DNA of 20,000 nucleotides. It comes from an uncultured virus (IMG/VR IMGVR_UViG_3300028416_000010) (Duplodnaviria > Heunggongvirae > Uroviricota > Caudoviricetes). The notes beneath the pieces are model-generated. The model worked only from the letters and a program-made list of their open reading frames with translations, did no database searches and was not told the origin of the DNA. The DNA lies in the IMG/VR virus record IMGVR_UViG_3300028416_000010; one strand, written 5' to 3'. Of the stretch, positions 16,157 through 20,000 are shown piece by piece; within the stretch, counting starts at the first letter, position 1, and each line of letters opens with the position of its first letter. Position numbers and translations under genes: made by a program.

Positions 16157-16192
16157 TGAACATACACCCCCCTATGGGGGGGTGTATGTTCA
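16157..16192. repeat. GC-rich hairpin with perfect 16-bp arms
   Basis: TGAACATACACCCCCC-TATG-GGGGGGTGTATGTTCA. Confidence 0.9.
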
Positions 16193-16219
16193 TTTAGAAA
16201 TTGAATACTGAAAAAAAGA

Positions 16220-16308
16220 TATACAATAATCAATTTATATTTTCCGAATTTTTTATAATAAAAATAAATTAATTATTTTTTCGGAAAATAATCTAAAAAT
16301 ATTGTATA
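16220..16308. repeat. 89-bp dyad variant, copy 15
   Basis: 27-nt central spacer; paralogue of copy 10. Confidence 0.9.
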
Positions 16309-16418
16309 ACTTAAATGTTTTGTTTTTGTGGAACCACCATCTCACCAGGTTTTCACCAGGAAACTTCAACTCAAATAAAATCCCCTCCCAGCAAAAAATA
16401 CAAAAATATTCACTCAAT

Positions 16419-16460
16419 TTTTGATTTATTTGAAAATATTTTACTATATTATAGTGTAAC
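16419..16460 (+). promoter_or_regulatory. Conserved module promoter, opposite orientation
   Basis: Same motif, upstream of ATG at 16479. Confidence 0.85.
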
Positions 16461-16478
16461 TTAAAAACAACAAACACT

Positions 16479-16748
16479 ATGAAAATTATATCTCAACAAC
16501 AAGCATTAGAAATTATCAAATCTCAAAAAGGTAAATTCTTTTCAGTAATATTCGAAAAAAGAACAAATGGATTGGACAGAAAAATGATATGTCAACAAAA
16601 AAATAGAGGTATAGGAAAAATGAAATACAATCCTTCCGATTATAATCTACTAAATGTTTTCGATTTAAATATTAAAGAATATAGAAACATAAATTTAAGT
16701 GGTCTTAAAAAATTAAAAGCAAATAAAATAGAATATGCTATAAGATAA
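16479..16748 (+). CDS. Basic WYL_2/Sm-like SH3-barrel candidate, 89 aa
   Basis: FFSVIFEKRTNGLDRKM...VFDLNIKEYRNINL pattern; own promoter and terminator. Confidence 0.85.
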   Translation: MKIISQQQALEIIKSQKGKFFSVIFEKRTNGLDRKMICQQKNRGIGKMKYNPSDYNLLNVFDLNIKEYRNINLSGLKKLKANKIEYAIR

Positions 16749-16775
16749 TCACACGTATCAGCAACGTGAACTTGA

Positions 16776-16808
16776 AAGAAACCTCTCATTAATTTGAGGG
16801 GTTTTTTT
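16776..16808 (+). terminator. Intrinsic terminator
   Basis: ACCTCTCA/TGAGGGGT hairpin plus T-run after 16479..16748. Confidence 0.85.
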
Positions 16809-16878
16809 ATTTGCATTAAAGTCCAACCAGAGTCTTCCAGCAAATCTGGATGGAAACATATATAACTATAAGAATATA

Positions 16879-16952
16879 TATACAATAACAAAACAATATT
16901 TTCCGAAAACTTTATTATTATTTTTCGGAAAATAAATAAATTTTATTGTATA
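16879..16952. repeat. 74-bp dyad, copy 16
   Basis: Same geometry. Confidence 0.95.
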
Positions 16953-17030
16953 ACTAAAATTAAAATCATTGAGCTTGAGTCATCCTTCAGTGGCTGAGAT
17001 GCTAAGTCATACAACTCCACTTTATACAAC

Positions 17031-17063
17031 AAAAAAAGGGAAACATTTTAAAAATGTCTCCCT
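17031..17063 (-). terminator. Intrinsic terminator
   Basis: GGGAAACATTTT/AAAATGTCTCCC hairpin plus U-run. Confidence 0.8.
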
Positions 17064-17091
17064 CTTAATTATAACAAATGAACAATACTAA

Positions 17092-17286
17092 TTACTCTCC
17101 CTTAATCATTGCTTGTGAATACTCAACTTCGTGTAAAGTGTCCATATGTTGAGAACCCCTAAATCTATTTTGCGAATGCGTAGTTACTACATTTAAACTT
17201 CCAACCAAAGTGAAACCCTCTTTTAAATGTTCGTTCACTTTGCTTTCTAAACCTCTAGAATTACTTGATGTTAATACGATATACAT
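17092..17286 (-). CDS. DUF1737-like protein, 64 aa
   Basis: L..KVN..L..G..L.G...Y.QAM.K pattern; sole gene of its module. Confidence 0.85.
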   Translation of the reverse strand: MYIVLTSSNSRGLESKVNEHLKEGFTLVGSLNVVTTHSQNRFRGSQHMDTLHEVEYSQAMIKGE

Positions 17287-17300
17287 ATGTTTTATTTTTA

Positions 17301-17342
17301 AGTTACACTAAATATAGTAAAACAATTTCAGTATAATCAAAA
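17301..17342 (-). promoter_or_regulatory. Conserved module promoter
   Basis: Same motif, upstream of ATG at 17286. Confidence 0.8.
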
Positions 17343-17428
17343 GAATGGTAAATTTTTTTGAGGAGGAAGGGAAGATGAAGTTGCAGCTTCCGTGTTATGG
17401 ACAGTGCGTAAAATTTATAAATTATAGA

Positions 17429-17502
17429 TATACAATAATTTGCTTATATTTTCCGAAAAGTTTATGATTGTTTTTCGGAAAATAATCCTTTTTTATTGTA
17501 TA
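17429..17502. repeat. 74-bp dyad, copy 17
   Basis: Same geometry. Confidence 0.95.
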
Positions 17503-17582
17503 TATTATATTGAAAGTGTTGAGCTTGAGTCATCCTTCCAGAAGCTGAGATGGTAAATCTTCTACAAGGAAAAAATGCAAAC

Positions 17583-17611
17583 AAAAAAAAGCAACCCTTT
17601 CGAGTTGCTTT
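17583..17611 (-). terminator. Intrinsic terminator
   Basis: Same family as 460..486. Confidence 0.8.
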
Positions 17612-17614
17612 ATC

Positions 17615-17731
17615 TTATGCCTTTGGCTTTACTTTTTCGTTTGGCCTTGGGTCTCTGTTCGGTATTCCCTTTCTTCTGCTTGGAGTTTTCGTTTTAGTCG
17701 TTTCTCTTGTTGGTGCTATTACAGTTCCCAT
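17615..17731 (-). CDS. 38-aa basic Pro/Thr-rich peptide
   Basis: MGTVIAPTRETTKTKTPSRRKGIPNRDPRPNEKVKPKA; exactly fills the promoter-terminator interval. Confidence 0.8.
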   Translation of the reverse strand: MGTVIAPTRETTKTKTPSRRKGIPNRDPRPNEKVKPKA

Positions 17732-17748
17732 AGTATAAATATTTTTAA

Positions 17749-17790
17749 GTTACACTATAATATAGTAAACAACTTTCAAACTAATCAAAA
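17749..17790 (-). promoter_or_regulatory. Conserved module promoter
   Basis: Same motif, upstream of ATG at 17731. Confidence 0.85.
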
Positions 17791-17863
17791 AAATGATGAT
17801 TTTTTTTGAAAAAGACTTTTGATTCCTGGGATGGTGTTTGGGGGTGGGTTTGTGTTTTATAGT

Positions 17864-17937
17864 TATACAATAATAAAATATTATTTTCCGAAAAGTTTTT
17901 ATTTATTTTTCTGAAAATAATCACTTTTTATTGTATA
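17864..17937. repeat. 74-bp dyad, copy 18
   Basis: Same geometry. Confidence 0.95.
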
Positions 17938-18015
17938 TATTATTTGAAAGTGTTGAGCTTGAGTCATCCTTCCAGGAACTGAGATGGTAAATCTTCTTTA
18001 CAAAAAACTACAAAC

Positions 18016-18043
18016 AAAAAAAGCAACCCTTTCGAGTTGCTTT
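18016..18043 (-). terminator. Intrinsic terminator
   Basis: Same family as 460..486. Confidence 0.8.
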
Positions 18044-18066
18044 ATTATTAATAATTTAAATTAATA

Positions 18067-18453
18067 TTAAAAACAAAATTCTAATTCTCCATTTTCATCA
18101 ACACAAATATTTAATGCTTGAAAATCATTTATGTTTCCATTTTCATCAATTGTGTAATTTGCAATTACAGAAGTTGTTTTTAACCATATTGGATTTTTTG
18201 CTTCGTCACTTAAGTAATAAGCTATAAAAGTATATTTATTATTTTCAACTTTAAATAAACAAAAGTTTGAAAATTCTTCTCTTATTTCTTTTCTATCAAC
18301 ATTTTCAAGATAATTTTTAGTTGGATAACAAAATAAACCCTCTCCTTTTAAAATATTTAATTTATTTAACATTTCCCAGTCTTCTTTTGTAAGTCTAGTA
18401 ACGTTATTAATCATTTCTTCTTTTAAATTTTTAAGTTCATTTTTTAATTTCAT
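18067..18453 (-). CDS. Hypothetical protein, 128 aa
   Basis: Sole gene of its module. Confidence 0.88.
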   Translation of the reverse strand: MKLKNELKNLKEEMINNVTRLTKEDWEMLNKLNILKGEGLFCYPTKNYLENVDRKEIREEFSNFCLFKVENNKYTFIAYYLSDEAKNPIWLKTTSVIANYTIDENGNINDFQALNICVDENGELEFCF

Positions 18454-18468
18454 AATGTTTGTTTTTAA

Positions 18469-18510
18469 GTTACACTATAATATAGTAAACAAATATAAAA
18501 CTAATCAAAA
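18469..18510 (-). promoter_or_regulatory. Conserved module promoter
   Basis: Same motif, upstream of ATG at 18453. Confidence 0.85.
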
Positions 18511-18592
18511 GAATGATAAAATTTTTCCTAAAGAAGAATCAGACTCTTGGATGCTCAGATGGAAGCTGGAGGTGATGTTCGTTATTTGTAGT

Positions 18593-18666
18593 TATACAAT
18601 AATAAAGCAACATTTTCCGAAAAGTTTCTATTTATTTTTCGGAAAATAATCCTTTTTTATTGTATA
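18593..18666. repeat. 74-bp dyad, copy 19
   Basis: Same geometry. Confidence 0.95.
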
Positions 18667-18745
18667 TATTACTTTAAAAATGTTGAGCTTGGATTAACCT
18701 TCCAGGAACTGAGATGGTAATTCTTCTTCAGAAAAAACTACAAAC

Positions 18746-18775
18746 AAAAAAAAGACAACCATTTCTGATTGTCTC
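18746..18775 (-). terminator. Intrinsic terminator
   Basis: Same family as 9716..9746. Confidence 0.78.
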
Positions 18776-18798
18776 TCATTTCTTAATCTGAACCTATG

Positions 18799-18963
18799 TT
18801 AATTAAGACTAAATTGTAACTTATGCTTTATTTTTCTTGAATACCCATTAACACTTTTTATTCTTTTTTCTTCACTTGAAGATTCTACTCTTCTTCTTTG
18901 TCTTTTTTGTCTAATCACTTCTTTATCTAAAAGTATAGATGATTCTAATAAATTCATTTCCAT
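18799..18963 (-). CDS. Small basic protein, 54 aa, with ArfA-like YxRKxKH motif
   Basis: Hand-translated MEMNLLESSILLDKEVIRQKRQRRRVESSSEEKRIKSVNGYSRKIKHKLQFSLN. Confidence 0.72.
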   Translation of the reverse strand: MEMNLLESSILLDKEVIRQKRQRRRVESSSEEKRIKSVNGYSRKIKHKLQFSLN

Positions 18964-18977
18964 ATAATATTTTTTAT

Positions 18978-19160
18978 TTAATTCAAACTTGCCATTTTTA
19001 ACTCTCTTTGTTTATCCCATAACACTTTAAGTTTAATCGCTTTTTCTAAATTTTCAAAAGACACCTCTTTCTTTTTAATACCATTGCTATAAAAAAACTC
19101 CCTCTCTAAAGCACTTAACTCTTTACTCTCCCTATTTGTTAATGAATAAAACATAATCAA
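18978..19160 (-). CDS. Hypothetical protein, ~58-60 aa
   Basis: ORF after promoter; start uncertain. Confidence 0.75.
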   Translation of the reverse strand: MIMFYSLTNRESKELSALEREFFYSNGIKKKEVSFENLEKAIKLKVLWDKQRELKMASLN

Positions 19161-19173
19161 ACTTTTTTAATTA

Positions 19174-19215
19174 ATTATACAATAATATAGTAAACACATT
19201 TCAAACTAATCAAAA
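19174..19215 (-). promoter_or_regulatory. Conserved module promoter
   Basis: Same motif, upstream of 18978..19160. Confidence 0.8.
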
Positions 19216-19314
19216 GAGTAGTAGTTTTTTTTGAGGGGGGCAATAGATGGATTTAAAGAACGCCAGTTCCAGCAGCTTCCTTCTGGACGGTACATAAAAA
19301 TTACAAATTATAGA

Positions 19315-19388
19315 TATACAATAATTTACTTATATTTTCCGAAAATTTTATATTTATTTTTCGGAAAATAATTACTTTTTGTTGTATA
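19315..19388. repeat. 74-bp dyad, copy 20
   Basis: Same geometry. Confidence 0.95.
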
Positions 19389-19486
19389 TATTATTTTTGA
19401 GATTTGGTTGGACCATGGTTCACCAGGGTTCACCAGGAATCCTTACCTCCAAACAAATCCCCCTCCCAGCAAAATGCACACAAAAT

Positions 19487-19514
19487 AAAAAAGGGAAATC
19501 ATTTCTGACTTCCC
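19487..19514 (-). terminator. Intrinsic terminator
   Basis: AGGGAA/TTCCCT hairpin plus U-run. Confidence 0.78.
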
Positions 19515-19542
19515 TCTTTCATAACTTAACTCAACTTAACTA

Positions 19543-19716
19543 CTATGACTTTTTTAAACTAACACCCAAATTCACTAACGTTTTTGCTACTACTCTCCAT
19601 TTACTCCTTTTAGCAATTGTTCTAATGGCTTTTTTACCATACTTCCAAAAGGCATCTTTGTATTCCATATACAACTTTTTCTCTTCTTTTTTCAACACTA
19701 AAATCATCGCTTCCAT
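19543..19716 (-). CDS. Small basic protein, 57 aa (MEAMILVLKKEEKKLY...)
   Basis: Hand-translated; between promoter and terminator. Confidence 0.75.
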   Translation of the reverse strand: MEAMILVLKKEEKKLYMEYKDAFWKYGKKAIRTIAKRSKWRVVAKTLVNLGVSLKKS

Positions 19717-19757
19717 AATATAATATTTTTAATTAATTTTTAATAACCTTTTTAATT

Positions 19758-19799
19758 CTTATATTATATTATAGTAATAATAATTGACACTAATCAAAA
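19758..19799 (-). promoter_or_regulatory. Conserved module promoter
   Basis: Same motif (TACTATAATAT), upstream of ATG at 19716. Confidence 0.75.
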
Positions 19800-19803
19800 A
19801 AAA

Positions 19804-19971
19804 CTATTCTTTATTTGCTTGTTGATTCTTTAATGCCAACAAAAAACAATAAGATAAAAATAGTAAAGATATAGATAGTAAAATAAATTCACTTCCCTTT
19901 ATTGAAGATAACCATAACAACAAAAAAACTACAACTAATACTAAACTAAATCCTTTAAACATAATATTCAT
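19804..19971 (-). CDS. Small two-helix membrane protein, 55 aa
   Basis: Hand-translated MNIMFKGFSLVLVVVFLLLWLSSIKGSEFILLSISLLFLSYCFLLALKNQQANKE. Confidence 0.7.
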   Translation of the reverse strand: MNIMFKGFSLVLVVVFLLLWLSSIKGSEFILLSISLLFLSYCFLLALKNQQANKE

Positions 19972-19980
19972 TTTTAATTA

Positions 19981-20000
19981 CTAACTAATATAGTAAACAC
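19981..20000 (-). promoter_or_regulatory. Module promoter truncated by window end
   Basis: TTTACTATATTAG upstream of ATG at 19971. Confidence 0.65.

Larger units (their letters stand above)
15315..16468. repeat. ~1.16 kb direct duplication, copy B
   Basis: Matches 10997..12163. Confidence 0.92.
307..19388. other. Array of ~20 promoter-gene(s)-terminator modules delimited by a conserved 74/89-bp dyad (probable phage early/accessory region)
   Basis: 20 dyad copies, 25 copies of one promoter motif and 21 hairpin terminators in near-constant order; probably extends beyond both window ends. Confidence 0.9.

Noticed and set aside
3339..17738. Antisense shadow ORFs 3339..3548, 4709..5026, 16640..16891 and 17550..17738
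   Set aside because: They lie opposite better-supported genes that have their own promoter and terminator.
307..19388. CRISPR array
   Set aside because: Repeats are 74-89 bp with variable internal spacers and are separated by 0.4-2 kb of genes; no cas gene is visible.
307..19388. 74-bp dyad as a classical attC site or MITE
   Set aside because: No conserved left AAC / right GTT cores, spacers do not pair, no target-site duplications seen and no transposase in the window.
164..19723. ORF-track entries crossing the intergenic repeats (164..367, 2125..2385, 3619..3825, 3723..3959, 7818..8003, 8462..8722, 10920..11105, 11881..12111, 15199..15411, 16253..16477, 18455..18649, 19379..19723)
   Set aside because: They overlap promoters, dyads and terminators. 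Shared peptides (FSEK, FPKSF, FRK) are translations of the repeat in different frames and strands.
1..20000. Alternative genetic code fragmenting longer genes
   Set aside because: TAA, TAG and TGA all end ORFs next to terminators or new starts, and the short ORFs fill their promoter-terminator intervals.

Overview
Very AT-rich DNA, most likely the early/accessory region of a large phage infecting Bacteroidota (inferred from A-rich leaders with no Shine-Dalgarno, TAnnTTTG host-type promoters, intrinsic terminators and ~45 short, mostly unknown ORFs). No core phage, housekeeping, rRNA, tRNA or recombinase gene is recognisable. The window is a regular array of ~20 expression modules of 0.4-2 kb, mostly on the - strand. 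Each module runs: conserved promoter (TTTTGATT-N15-TACTATATTAT), 1-5 small genes, intrinsic terminator. Neighbouring modules are separated by a fixed-geometry dyad, TATACAATAA-N10-TTTTCCGAAAA-N12-TTTTCGGAAAA-N10-TTATTGTATA (18 copies of 74 bp, 2 of 89 bp). Flanks are shuffled around the dyad and one ~1.16 kb duplication begins inside a dyad, which suggests a recombination-driven gene-cassette array. One module contains a nested set of integron attC-like sites. There are also two candidate sRNAs, WYL/Sm-like proteins and several small ORFs missed by the ORF track. Protein family calls are from motif recognition only and need database confirmation.
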